This document shows positions 40,801 through 48,864 of a stretch of 64,000 nt of DNA, one piece after another. Position 1 is the first letter of the stretch; each line of letters opens with the position of its first letter. The translations under genes and the position numbers were made by a program. Source of the stretch: Staphylococcus phage Machias. Location of the stretch: sequence record MW349128.1. The stretch is one strand, 5' to 3'. Below the pieces are notes generated by a model that was not told the DNA's origin, searched no databases, and saw nothing but the letters and a program-made list of their open reading frames with translations.

Positions 40801-41092
40801 TATTAGAATTCATAAAGACATTATCTAAATCTTTTACATAAGCAGGAATTAATGAAGATTTTAAACCATTTTCTTCAATACAAACAAACTCAGAATCATT
40901 CTTACTTTCATCTTTAATAATTATATGTGTATTTTCTGAAATGTAGTTTTTACTTTTGAATTCAATATTGATAATTTCAGTTTTTTTACTAAAATCATAT
41001 ACTAATTTCTCACTAGAGATTACATTTTCAAAAGTTTCTGCAACTAATTTACCTTCAATTCTTTTATGTTCTTTATCTAGAATACTAATCAA
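31838..41092 (-). CDS. giant tail-associated adhesin or fibre protein (3084 aa)
   Basis: One continuous ORF. After an N-terminal region and long coiled coils it carries at least five beta-rich modules, each ending in a (L/V)EKGNKATDW(T/S)PAPED(V/I) linker. An acidic Pro/Asp/Glu-rich stretch and internal near-identical repeats are also present. Confidence 0.55.
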   Translation of the reverse strand: MISILDKEHKRIEGKLVAETFENVISSEKLVYDFSKKTEIINIEFKSKNYISENTHIIIKDESKNDSEFVCIEENGLKSSLIPAYVKDLDNVFMNSNKELNGQLKSVLSTLLLNTGYSIEYNDLVVDEEITLPEDNKSVFKKLLDIVFEKDLSIRHKYDINTNERTLIINKGKDLRKSNPKEISGRIPGFEFNVDKSNIKTGLIMYNDNNESITVKDSLNQARFIKDENYIFDTMEVKGKTRDEMEEIASKYLNDSSLNAIDLKMTGLVLRNWTNCHYNKFISSQIFINYKNIKPELTAGFQIYKLERSLFDYNIEKFNFFAKYKDSNEVYKPEMLENYTKYANDNIFIKDNTSSKSNDVKLVESLVNKQLESFKNYINDISNNSNSGTDGSSVLQSNKELNFDAIISDFNLIKSQKDQVVNQLKSIFDSAYLKEDAIKIQVRDKIKEINNDFDKIKSEVNKLNRADQNESLMKDINKSFVGFYSVVNSTKNIIELSNEAINLEMNKLQNEYSHGIKDTVFSEIGRVLGLSYDSKTQKLTGNINVTEDINEVKTSLELMKVKVNRIENDLNDSDRGLKENLTKLKENLSSVLGLPLNSESGLIDGTIDKQDMFDLIQEQIQKTKDEINESKANLENTKTELEKQQEELDQKSKDIDKAMAEANSVREDLGQELEVSQKEFNYYMDSRGDNLIFNGNADQGDESNFPGMYYDNSDAFQSAASFRMEGFNSTTSSERLIPINPEKTYKLSMFMKNNNSLPSSIGHLSYDKDGQLIESQHVMGSEKPVIELAQELRQGDKVIYFNSLDGLDDTYRFQSAPLDEEDDTPAYDYDRDGSVVLPNDADDILSIDDPNALPDEEEDSVIYADDTPEEDKTTEPDLPMSESEEPVETNSTPVDEEEAIKNMTNNYNVSNAGIVNKNINPNLTDYNDNHSLVIWNFKSNDGYNYGESTYSRNVFMNGWDFGAIDRENNCIYLNRPFDLINYDSEDGGFPAGTKVSGTFTDNNVEWSLIKDEDIPNTEEDDDPEEFNGWYHRQGLITKENVRGTNGFLYGAFYMTLYFKVNQSEDSDVVEFEDGSNEPKFWVTNLEMYDVTGLESVKKTVIDTNELVATMMTKKEMDDYRKQVIEGFSEVSQTVDMIRQEVTKKINDLDDKVINEVTSRIETIAGQIDLVSEAQKVDKEELEKQIGQIKIETDKITSLVQRITATEDNYSDLSTKVEQLDSSYSITAEKVEKQGENITDLSGKLTVANDAITQEVTDRKSAIDDTTQTLQASITATADSIKQDISKDYATKNSVNETVSNLNTNITAEIGRIDQRVTSETSTEAISGKIKIGTKNMLAGTEKFDLPFLASITKKDNNGITYANTKTNLAEVSQIVAVKPNTNYVLSYDAYSAAASPVIKTPITKASSLTTEVSPKNYLITLTESAKTLTTTPTRYELKFNSRTNNFIKIQFTSDNTTKDTYVGHIQLEEGNVASAWDISPEDYKSRFAKNETRITQTEKDITLNASSISQLDTKTTNQYSELKVETDKITSIVIKQDEMDGKISANRSSIEQLPNQITSQVSAVENRVNNNINNIQIGGRNLFQKYKPKYSTSINKDVTSTGEFTGSYWATNLYTVDYLKNVLTEGETYTYSYDLEILEVDTKGYKINSRSHGIIFYSDSVVSDRVMGYQSIEAIIGNKIKVSQTFVCPKLTDHRFIIYSGLYTPDGTSATDRYSNKIKIKNLKLEKGNKVTDWTPAPEDVDDQIDNIQIGSRNLLLKSLTNIIFKPNNVGLGTPVKNSDNSWNITPTSGNYISSYVFLKNNTDNITSEPIVLNEWYTFSMDVKSNKSTDIDIGINSSGVINPNSNTIKVNTYSLNVGEFKRIYYTFKWINSNAITNIPIVIKTSATDLVLTYNKPKLEKGNKATDWSPAPEDIESRLVASETRITQTEKDISLNASSITKLDTKTTNQYSELKVETDKISSIVNKQDEMDGKISANTSSIEQLPGQITSQVSAVESRVNENINNIQVGARNLLLDSKNRAPINGSTNSKRVTYNLSNNIIAGETYTLTYEINVTSGNINNKTSLQFTNNSSDRKNVTLDTKIRNAYTFVASANSNEISIYFGTGYTDENLNSNGSIINAKLEKGNKATDWTPAPEDVDSKINNIKIGSRNLLLNSRVRNDIVGGTNSRRIQYKLSEPLKPNVEYTFAFTKVVNSGDDGGKFSIYPYTPASKVLTFENNENNRNEYTFIPTAASTEFYLYPAQTGTTNNGTISATIKDAILVEGSKLTGYGLAPEDIDNSVISLTTSINQLPEQILLEAKKTTITEIGKIEVGGKNILNGTSDFNPIFWNGNFTNKFQNNGRIFVPLQNTNGTQNWINQTFKTDPNTEYIISFDAYKDGSNTGNIYPQIRKLKDDKTDFDPFVAIFGYNEFNKSLTNDIVRYSIPFNSYECNYMRFYLTREANSTAPIYVSNIKIEKGNKATDWSPSPEDVQTSISTVSSKIDQKTDSIELSVSQMKSYFDSNNMLINSDLRNGMEGWEISGYSSGYYNIEDVNTMSINTDNNMIVGGRYRDDHISSGTYKRTTFYLTRPIKKGKTYILSFDYTLLSGSNTTNEVSVFPYIYPHSRSNPKLPDMAPDSDRFEAPVSSSKRNIIKFTANRDANQILLYAAKAGTDDNANANALFENVTMIEGESEKDSLPYSYGSSKRVFKFSMTGTDSWPSITSNYMSIGKGGDFDIGDTITGSVYIYVPSSSLDNLVSNPYIEFATYENKSQGSNSMFARYEYLPKDFKYDEWVRVSFKGKIPSTSSNGKTNYIRFLMRFSGPGQPKNTNATFYYGLPQIEINDKLTKWTPSRLDTFSTESMASKISMNPESIDIISNHLNINTNNARIYNDKGNLTFVDDKLQISKTSSDKDNYVEMNSEGITIRKDGVNKMIDGLDLGESNVQAYEPQFVTWNFAGTGSQYDSRKIVTEGINGLYGIDWGAYSLGRDKKQLIEKNNTAFARVNRYTYFHNQRYLKVKLSCRVNTSGMRLHLRWMSTTGGTIYHELIVTETSFVFPDIVIDLGKPDNRNKFFELQAGLSKANANFNTGEFRITRMTMSNFKD
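35060..36640 (-). repeat. pair of roughly 290-bp near-identical direct repeats inside the giant gene (about 35060-35345 and 36350-36640)
   Basis: Both encode ETRITQTEKDI(T/S)LNASSI...SELKVETDKI(T/S)SIV...ISAN(R/T)SSIEQLP...VE(N/S)RVN(N/E)NINNIQ(I/V)G(G/A)RNL with about 90% nucleotide identity. Confidence 0.65.
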
Positions 41093-41136
41093 ATTTTTTC
41101 ACCATCCTTCCGTCTTATTGATATTAATGTGTTTTA

Positions 41137-41556
41137 TTAATCTTCTAACTGCTCTGCTACACTATCAATAATAATTGCAGTTTCTCCTGATAATTGAGTT
41201 TCCATTCCATCGATAATATTTAATAATATTTCTCTATCTTTTACAGGAATATACGCATATTCAACATCAATAGCAAGTATATCTTCTTTAGCGTTTGGAA
41301 ATTCTTGAATATTAAGAATAATACTATTAGGATCATTAGGATCTTGAATTGAATTTCCTTCACTATCTTTTTTAGAAAATTCATTTATCATTTCTTCTCT
41401 ATCTTTAGCAAACTCTTCATGAGCTTCTTTAATATTATTAATAAATTTAGTACGATGTCTAGATTTATTACCATTTAATGGGATATTAAAAAGAATTTCA
41501 TGTACTTTATTAAGATCTTTATTTTTAATTTTTACTCTTTCAATTGTTTCAGTCAT
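41137..41556 (-). CDS. hypothetical protein
   Basis: 139-aa ORF. Confidence 0.5.
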   Translation of the reverse strand: MTETIERVKIKNKDLNKVHEILFNIPLNGNKSRHRTKFINNIKEAHEEFAKDREEMINEFSKKDSEGNSIQDPNDPNSIILNIQEFPNAKEDILAIDVEYAYIPVKDREILLNIIDGMETQLSGETAIIIDSVAEQLED

Positions 41557-41667
41557 TTTTAAATTTCTCCTTCATTTTTAATAATATATAATAAAAGTTA
41601 ATAATGCACTTTAAAAAATTACTCAACATTTTTATTATTATAATGATAATAGAAAGTAGGTAAATAT

Positions 41668-42930
41668 ATGCCTCAATTAGGAGAAAATAGTAATTATTCA
41701 ATGTGTACTGCATCGCCTTCATTATCAAGTGTCATAAGTGGTGTACAGTCATTTATGTGGAATTATTTTAAATCAATGTTCCCTAGCAATTTTTTTGCTT
41801 CAACTTATGTAAGTACAGCTTTGAATTCAAATTCTTTAAAAGATATGAAGAATTTAAAAAAGGGATATCCTCATTTAGCTATGACTACACAATTTGAATT
41901 AGGCGATGGTTTTATGTCTAGTTTACCGATGTGGCATAAAACAGATAGATTTGTAATGAAGAATTTAAAAAGAAATTATAGAATGATATTTGAAGATGAT
42001 ACAAGAGGTATAAGAATATTCATGGTACCTCAAAGATATAAAATAGTATTTAATTATGGTATATTATTGCAAACACAAATGGGTGCTTGGAATACTCTTA
42101 ATCATATTAATCAAACTTTTGAATCTGGTGGATATAATTTTGCAAATGAAATAAGAATACCAACACAATTACCAGAAATATTTATTGTAAATATATGTAA
42201 GAAATTAAATTTAGATATTAATAACAATGAAGATAGACTTAAGTTAAATGATTATATGATGTCTAATGGTTTAGGTCCAATAACTAACAAAAAAAATTTA
42301 GCCAATGGTAAAGAGAAATATACTTACGATTTTACAACTAATATACTTTTAAATTATCCAGATTTAGTTAATTATGAAAATGAAATAAGTAACTTAATAA
42401 ATAAACAGAGTGCAGTTAAATATGCAATATCTGCTGAATTATGGGTACCTGGTAGTTATATATTAGAAATTGAAGAAGACTTTAATATTCAAAGGGAGAT
42501 AGAAAATCCTGGTGAAGATATATTACAATTTGATATTGCTATTTTACAAGATATGATTCCTAAAGAAAATGATAGAGGAATGAAATTATTACTTGAAAGA
42601 AATTTCAATACTGAAATGAATGTTAAATTTGATAGTACTCCAATAGAGTCTATAATGGATAAAGACATAATAAAATCTATTAAAGAAATTAATAAAATTG
42701 GTGGAAATATAGAAAAAATTATTGAATTCAAATTATTCAGAAATAATAAACCTATGGACAAAAGTGAATTTTATATTGACTATGATAATTTCGAATTGAT
42801 TGTTAAAGAACCTCAGTCTAATGTAGTTCATACACTTGTATTATATGCAGATATGAGAAAGATTAATATGATTAATGAATTAATTAATCAAGGAAGAAAA
42901 AAAGATATTCATAAAATGGATATTTTTTAG
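41668..42930 (+). CDS. hypothetical protein (420 aa)
   Basis: Long ORF followed by a bidirectional 13-bp-stem terminator. Confidence 0.55.
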   Translation: MPQLGENSNYSMCTASPSLSSVISGVQSFMWNYFKSMFPSNFFASTYVSTALNSNSLKDMKNLKKGYPHLAMTTQFELGDGFMSSLPMWHKTDRFVMKNLKRNYRMIFEDDTRGIRIFMVPQRYKIVFNYGILLQTQMGAWNTLNHINQTFESGGYNFANEIRIPTQLPEIFIVNICKKLNLDINNNEDRLKLNDYMMSNGLGPITNKKNLANGKEKYTYDFTTNILLNYPDLVNYENEISNLINKQSAVKYAISAELWVPGSYILEIEEDFNIQREIENPGEDILQFDIAILQDMIPKENDRGMKLLLERNFNTEMNVKFDSTPIESIMDKDIIKSIKEINKIGGNIEKIIEFKLFRNNKPMDKSEFYIDYDNFELIVKEPQSNVVHTLVLYADMRKINMINELINQGRKKDIHKMDIF

Positions 42931-42945
42931 AAAAAAAAAATATTA

Positions 42946-42977
42946 GAGGTAATGATCAAATTAATGATCATTACCTC
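42946..42977. terminator. bidirectional terminator; same palindrome as at 7715
   Basis: GAGGTAATGATCA AATTAA TGATCATTACCTC with an A10 run upstream and a T-rich run downstream. Confidence 0.65.
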
Positions 42978-42988
42978 AATTTTATTAA

Positions 42989-43780
42989 TTATTTTTTATA
43001 TTCAATTAGAGTATTTACTAGTGACATATCTACATTATTTTCATTAGCAATTTTACTTGCTTGTTTCTTAATTTCATGTAGTAAACTATTAATATCAGGT
43101 TTAACTTGTGGTGGAAAATTCTTTAATATACTACTATTAATTTCATCAAATATTTCTGTAGCTTTTATAGATTCATTTAAGAAATCATTAATATAACTTT
43201 CAGAGAATAATTTAATTTCATTAGATTCTTCTTTTAATTCTAAAATATTATTACCGTTCATTAATTCTTCTTTATAGAAGAAAATATACATATCAATATA
43301 AGTAGCTACCATAATATTGTATATATTATAATAATTTAAATTATATTTCTTATTATATTCTTCTGTAATATAACTAGACATTAATGCAATTAATCTATCT
43401 TCAATATTTTCTTTTCCATCTGGAAACATTTCTGATTTATCTTGTTTTCTTAAGATTGTTAAAAACTCAAATATATTTTTAGCAAAGTTATAATCTTTAT
43501 TAAGTTCTAAACTATCTAAAAAGAAATCATTAAAATTATCAAAAGCAATTCCTTTAATAAAATCTGATTTTCTTCTAATCATTTTAAAACTATAAAAATC
43601 TCTAAATGTTTTTGTATCTTCAATATTGATTAATCTTCTTTCTAAATCATCAAATTCTTTTCGATTATCCTCTTCTTTAAGTTCATCCATAATATTTTTA
43701 GCTATATCAATTTCAATATCTTTCTTATCTTCCTTAAATAAATATATAGCCTTGATTAAAGCTTCTTCTGTCATATCCAT
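42989..43780 (-). CDS. hypothetical protein
   Basis: 263-aa ORF. Confidence 0.5.
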   Translation of the reverse strand: MDMTEEALIKAIYLFKEDKKDIEIDIAKNIMDELKEEDNRKEFDDLERRLINIEDTKTFRDFYSFKMIRRKSDFIKGIAFDNFNDFFLDSLELNKDYNFAKNIFEFLTILRKQDKSEMFPDGKENIEDRLIALMSSYITEEYNKKYNLNYYNIYNIMVATYIDMYIFFYKEELMNGNNILELKEESNEIKLFSESYINDFLNESIKATEIFDEINSSILKNFPPQVKPDINSLLHEIKKQASKIANENNVDMSLVNTLIEYKK

Positions 43781-43863
43781 TTCATCTCCTAATTTTTATA
43801 TAATATATAAATCTTTAATGATTTACATTTATATAATATATATTTAAAATAAATATTAAAAAT

Positions 43864-44499
43864 TTATATATCTGAAGCTTCTATAAGTTCATTATACTGT
43901 TCTATTTGATGGTCAAGTATATAGTCTTTATAATAACTTACAAATTCATTTACTTTACCAAATATTGATGATAATGGTATTATAATCTTACCTGCATGAG
44001 CTAATTGATGATTTGTTTTTGTTAATAATACTAATCCTACTTTATTCTCAAAATGTAATTTTAAAACTCTTTCAGCTATATCTATTGATGTAAACTGTTC
44101 ATCTTCCATGATAGCTTTATTTGTAACAATTTCAACAATTTCATAAAGAGTAAAAGGAAAGTGATGATATTCTGTAGTTGCCATATCTTCTGTAATATTT
44201 GACATTATTATATCATTTTTCAAATTGTATTCTTCTTTTAATATTGATAAATACTTTTTATATTCATTTGATCTTCTTACTAATCCTTCTACATTTTTAA
44301 TGAATTTCTTTAAACTGTTTTCTGATTCTATTTCAAAATATAGACTTGATATTTGAAACTTACTTTGTTTATTTACTAATATTGTATTATTATTAGAATC
44401 TTTTTTTATTAATACATTATTGATCTTATTATTTTTATTTAACTTTACTTTTTTATTATTTAAGTTATTGAATTTTATATCAATATTTTTATTATCCAT
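43864..44499 (-). CDS. hypothetical protein
   Basis: 211-aa ORF. Confidence 0.5.
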   Translation of the reverse strand: MDNKNIDIKFNNLNNKKVKLNKNNKINNVLIKKDSNNNTILVNKQSKFQISSLYFEIESENSLKKFIKNVEGLVRRSNEYKKYLSILKEEYNLKNDIIMSNITEDMATTEYHHFPFTLYEIVEIVTNKAIMEDEQFTSIDIAERVLKLHFENKVGLVLLTKTNHQLAHAGKIIIPLSSIFGKVNEFVSYYKDYILDHQIEQYNELIEASDI

Positions 44500-44991
44500 T
44501 TTTATTCAATTCCTTTTTATTAATTAATATCAAATTCATTATTACTTTTTCTTTGAAATTTTCTTTTATTAAATTTAATATATTAATTTATTTTTAATAA
44601 TATTTTTAATTACTATTATTTTTTATAATATTAATTAAAATTAAAGAAAATTTTAAAAATTATTCCCCTAAAAAATATTTATTTATTATTTATATAATTT
44701 TATATTAAAAATATAATAATATATTCTGGAGATTTTCTAAAAAAATTTGTATAAATATTTCATTTCTTTAATTTTAATAATCTTCATTAATATATTATTA
44801 AGTTAATTTTATTTGTATGAATTTCATTATAATTTTTAATTTAATATATTTATTAATACCAATTTTAATATAAAAAATTAAAAATCAAAATAAATATATT
44901 ATTATATTTTGATAGAAATATAATAATATATTATTTTTTATTTGATAAAAATATAAATTCTCAAGTAACAACTAAATATTAAGAAAAATAA
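44500..44991. promoter_or_regulatory. 490-bp extremely AT-rich intergenic region with repeated 17-mers
   Basis: Roughly 10% GC by eye. AAATATAATAATATATT occurs near 44712 and near 44920. It separates a - strand block from a + strand block. Confidence 0.4.
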
Positions 44992-47556
44992 ATGAAAGAG
45001 AGGATTTCAATGGCCATAGAATACACTGATTATAAGAACTTCAGTAAAGATGATTTAAGAAAATACAATCCTCTTTATTTTTATAAAGCCTTTACTGAAG
45101 AAGATATAGAAAATTTAGATGATATAGTTAAATTCTGTCAAGGTTTAATAATAAAAGATCAAGAATTTGCAGATAGATTAGAATCAAATGATTCTATGAT
45201 GGAGTCAGATTTATATATTAGAGCTAAAGAAAACACTTTAGATGATTACTATTCAGTATTTGATAAAGATAGTATTTTAAGAAACTATAAAGAACGTAAT
45301 CCATACTATGGAAAATTACAAAATATATATGATATTGATCCATATGTATCACGTACAGCAAATGATTTTGATATTATTAAAATAAGTAACCATACATTGG
45401 ATAAAAAAGAAGAATCATTATTATTAGAAAGTTATTCTGAAGCTCTTAATTATTTTAAAAAAGTAACACATACTAGAGCTTTTAATAATCAAGTTTATTA
45501 TAGAGAAATGTATTATATGTATTTAATTAATGCAACTATACATAGATATATAAACAAAACAATGTATAGAGTATTTGATGTTGATAGATATACTAAAAGA
45601 GATTTAAAGAATGCTTTCATTTCTAATGGACTTGATTACTTTGATGATTTCCCTTTAGAATATCAAAGAAGAACATACAAACGCATAAATGATTTAATTC
45701 GTAATAAAGGCACAAATGAAATATTTCCAATTATAGAAGATATATTCTCCATTAACTCCATAGACATTAATAAATATTATTTGGCTAAACATGAAGATGA
45801 TCTAAAGTTTTATAAAACAAATGTAAATGATAATCTTGATGTATACAATGATAATCAATACGGTTATAATGAAATCATTGATCTTGATCCATACTGGAGA
45901 AATACTAAAGAAGAAGTTATGGATAAAGCATTTAATGTAATACAAACTAAATATCTTTCTACCGATGCTGTTATAGATATAATTAATAATAGTAAATCTT
46001 TATCATTCTTATACAGTTTAATTAACTTAATGAAAGAAGATAAAGATATTATTGAAGATGATAGCTTTAATATGACTAACTCAAGAATCAGTTCTAGAAA
46101 GTTTAATGTTTTTGATGGAATTGTTACACTTAATACACTTGTCATAAATTATATTAAATGGAATGATAGAATCAAGAATGATAAGAATATGAATATTTAT
46201 GGTTATAATTTTAATGCAGATATTAAAGATACCGTAGATGATATTCGTAGTTATATTTATTCCAGACAATTTGATAAATCAGATTACACTGATTTTGCTA
46301 GAGAACTAAATTTCCTTAATATTAAGAAATTTAAAAATAGAAATACGCTAAGCTATGAAGATATTGTTAAAGAATATGAAATGTCTGATTTAGCTCAAAG
46401 ACAATTTAAATTTATTTCAGAAATAATGACCGGTATAAATGGTTCTACGCAATTAGAATACTATATTGAAAATGATTTAATTATAGATGGAATGAGATAT
46501 TTGTGGACACAGATATCTAAACCTGAAAGAGAATTTGATTTTAAAAATATATCTTACTATAAGAACTTTATGGAAATATACAAAAAATTTTTAAATGTAA
46601 TGATTCATGATGGTCGTATAAATAAAGAAGATGTATATTTAATTATGATAGAAGATAATTCTATTGATAAAGATATTGATGAATTTGTTAAAGTTATGAA
46701 TGTTAAGTTTTTAGATAAATCTTATCAAGATTATAAACAAAATAAAAATGAAGAAAATATAGATAATTTAGTAACATCTATAAGAAGATCAATAGATTAT
46801 TCAATTAAGAATAAATTATACACTCCTAAAAAGCAAATAACTAGATATCCAGCTTTAAATTCTTACATCAGTGATATATTAGCTTACAGTGATTCTGATA
46901 AAGATCTTATTAACATTTATGATATTATTGAAATGTATAAATATAATGAAGAATTTCGTAAAGAATTAGAAGAGTTAATATATAATTCAAATGATCCTCA
47001 TTTACGAAAAAAATTTACTAATCTCCATAAACAGCTATTTATAACTAATTCTAGTAATGATATTTTTAAAGGTTTTAAAACTTATTCAGATTATCTTAAA
47101 TTTAAAGAACCTGATTTGTATTATTATACAGTTGTTGAAAGTGAAATTTATGATGAAGATGTTTTTGATAGAGAAAATATTTTTAGAGAAAGAATATTTG
47201 AATTAGTAAGTAGTATTGATAATCATCTTAATCTTAAAGAACAGTACTTCACAAATAGTAATTTTGTAGGTGTTGTTAATTTTATTAGAGATTATATTAC
47301 TATATTGATAACTCTATTCAAATCATATACAACTGATTTAATTTATACAAGTCTATTATTTAAATTGGATGATAAATTTGAAAATAGTATTCATTTAATT
47401 GATGAAGGAAATATTAAATATACTGGAACTACAAAATATGTAGATAAGATTAATACATTAGATAATAGAAATATAACTGATAAGATCATCAGAAAAGAAA
47501 ATATTGAGATGAAAGACAATGTTAACATTTCAATAATCAAAAGGGAGGAAAATTAA
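44992..47556 (+). CDS. large hypothetical protein (854 aa; virion protein by size and position)
   Basis: Long ORF following a 490-bp AT-rich intergenic region. No motif recognised. Confidence 0.55.
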   Translation: MKERISMAIEYTDYKNFSKDDLRKYNPLYFYKAFTEEDIENLDDIVKFCQGLIIKDQEFADRLESNDSMMESDLYIRAKENTLDDYYSVFDKDSILRNYKERNPYYGKLQNIYDIDPYVSRTANDFDIIKISNHTLDKKEESLLLESYSEALNYFKKVTHTRAFNNQVYYREMYYMYLINATIHRYINKTMYRVFDVDRYTKRDLKNAFISNGLDYFDDFPLEYQRRTYKRINDLIRNKGTNEIFPIIEDIFSINSIDINKYYLAKHEDDLKFYKTNVNDNLDVYNDNQYGYNEIIDLDPYWRNTKEEVMDKAFNVIQTKYLSTDAVIDIINNSKSLSFLYSLINLMKEDKDIIEDDSFNMTNSRISSRKFNVFDGIVTLNTLVINYIKWNDRIKNDKNMNIYGYNFNADIKDTVDDIRSYIYSRQFDKSDYTDFARELNFLNIKKFKNRNTLSYEDIVKEYEMSDLAQRQFKFISEIMTGINGSTQLEYYIENDLIIDGMRYLWTQISKPEREFDFKNISYYKNFMEIYKKFLNVMIHDGRINKEDVYLIMIEDNSIDKDIDEFVKVMNVKFLDKSYQDYKQNKNEENIDNLVTSIRRSIDYSIKNKLYTPKKQITRYPALNSYISDILAYSDSDKDLINIYDIIEMYKYNEEFRKELEELIYNSNDPHLRKKFTNLHKQLFITNSSNDIFKGFKTYSDYLKFKEPDLYYYTVVESEIYDEDVFDRENIFRERIFELVSSIDNHLNLKEQYFTNSNFVGVVNFIRDYITILITLFKSYTTDLIYTSLLFKLDDKFENSIHLIDEGNIKYTGTTKYVDKINTLDNRNITDKIIRKENIEMKDNVNISIIKREEN

Positions 47557-48392
47557 TGTTCAATTTTGAACGTTTTTCACGTAAATTGGTTGAAAATGGA
47601 GCTATGGAACAAGATCAAATAGATGATATAAGTTCTAGAGTTGAAACAAGAGATTCAAATTCTATAAATGTAAAATCTGGTTTTAAAGAAAATTTAAATA
47701 ATTATATTAAGGGTATTGTTAAATTTACAAATCCTAAAACAGGTGAGTTAATTCATCAAGAAGAAAATTTAGTTTTAATGAGAACTAGAGTTTGGATTTT
47801 AGAAAAACTATTCGGTCAAGGTATACCGTCTAATTATAATGGTGATGAAACTGAAGGAAGAACAATATGCTTATTTTCAGTAGGTTCAGGTGGAGCTGAT
47901 GTAAATAACTCTGCATTTACTCCATACACTGTAAAATTCTCAGATCAAAAATTAAACCGTCCTGTTCCTTTTGTAGTAGAAAATCCAGATAAAGAAAATT
48001 CGGATTTAACTGCAAATAATCCTAGTATGATAGAAGAACTATCAGAACAACAAAAGAAAAAATATTATCTATCAGAAGATAAACAAGATGGTACTACTAG
48101 TTTTTACGGTAAAAGATTTACTAATGCTACAAAAGATAAACCTTTAGGTGAATCAAAAGGATTTATTATTGATAATGAAGATGGTTCAGTTGCATTTTCT
48201 TTAAAAATGTCTGTAGAACCAGATGAATGTAGAGGAAGTATTATTAATGAGTTAGGTCTTTGGTTAGCTAAATATAATGAAGATACTAATAAATTTGATG
48301 GAACTGAATTAGCTACACGTTTAACATTTGATAGTCGTTCATTAAAGAATCTATCTGATGGTTTAGATATAGAATATATTATTTATATTTAG
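47556..48392 (+). CDS. hypothetical protein with expressed-gene codon usage
   Basis: 278 aa. Its start overlaps the upstream stop. A terminator follows. Confidence 0.55.
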   Translation: MFNFERFSRKLVENGAMEQDQIDDISSRVETRDSNSINVKSGFKENLNNYIKGIVKFTNPKTGELIHQEENLVLMRTRVWILEKLFGQGIPSNYNGDETEGRTICLFSVGSGGADVNNSAFTPYTVKFSDQKLNRPVPFVVENPDKENSDLTANNPSMIEELSEQQKKKYYLSEDKQDGTTSFYGKRFTNATKDKPLGESKGFIIDNEDGSVAFSLKMSVEPDECRGSIINELGLWLAKYNEDTNKFDGTELATRLTFDSRSLKNLSDGLDIEYIIYI

Positions 48393-48402
48393 TGCAATAA
48401 TT

Positions 48403-48437
48403 CCCACAACGATATTTTATTATCGTTGTGGATTTTT
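48403..48437. terminator. bidirectional terminator
   Basis: CCACAACGAT/ATCGTTGTGG stem between convergent genes. Confidence 0.6.
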
Positions 48438-48864
48438 ATTGCCTATCTTTTTCTTGTTCTTTTATTTCTTCTAAAAGAGCTTCATTAAACTTAGATAATC
48501 TGAAAATTAAATTTCTTTGATTATTTGTTTCCTTTTCTATTTTTGTTAATTTTTCTCTTAAAGAATTCAACTGTTTAGTAATTCTAAAATAACCTAAAAT
48601 CAGTGGAAAACTAAAAATCAAAAAATAAATAAAGAGGCATAGTAAGACTAACTGTAACAAGACATTTCCCCCTCGATGCATTATAAATAGAAAGGAGCTC
48701 ATAAAATACATGCAATATAAAGAATCGTTTAAAGAATTTGATTTTAGTAGAGACTTTGAAGCTGTAGTTATAGATAATACAGATTTCGATGAAAAGTATG
48801 AAGTAAAGCTATTTGTGTATGAACTTATTATGACTAAATTGCAGGATTCCCCAAGAAATATCAA
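48436..48864 (-). CDS. small TM plus coiled-coil protein (true start probably near 48684)
   Basis: The C-terminal half has one TM segment (VLLQLVLLCLFIYFLIFSFPLILGYF) and a charged coiled coil. The N-terminal part overlaps the + strand gene, so the product is probably shorter. Confidence 0.35.
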   Translation of the reverse strand: MIFLGESCNLVIISSYTNSFTSYFSSKSVLSITTASKSLLKSNSLNDSLYCMYFMSSFLFIMHRGGNVLLQLVLLCLFIYFLIFSFPLILGYFRITKQLNSLREKLTKIEKETNNQRNLIFRLSKFNEALLEEIKEQEKDRQ

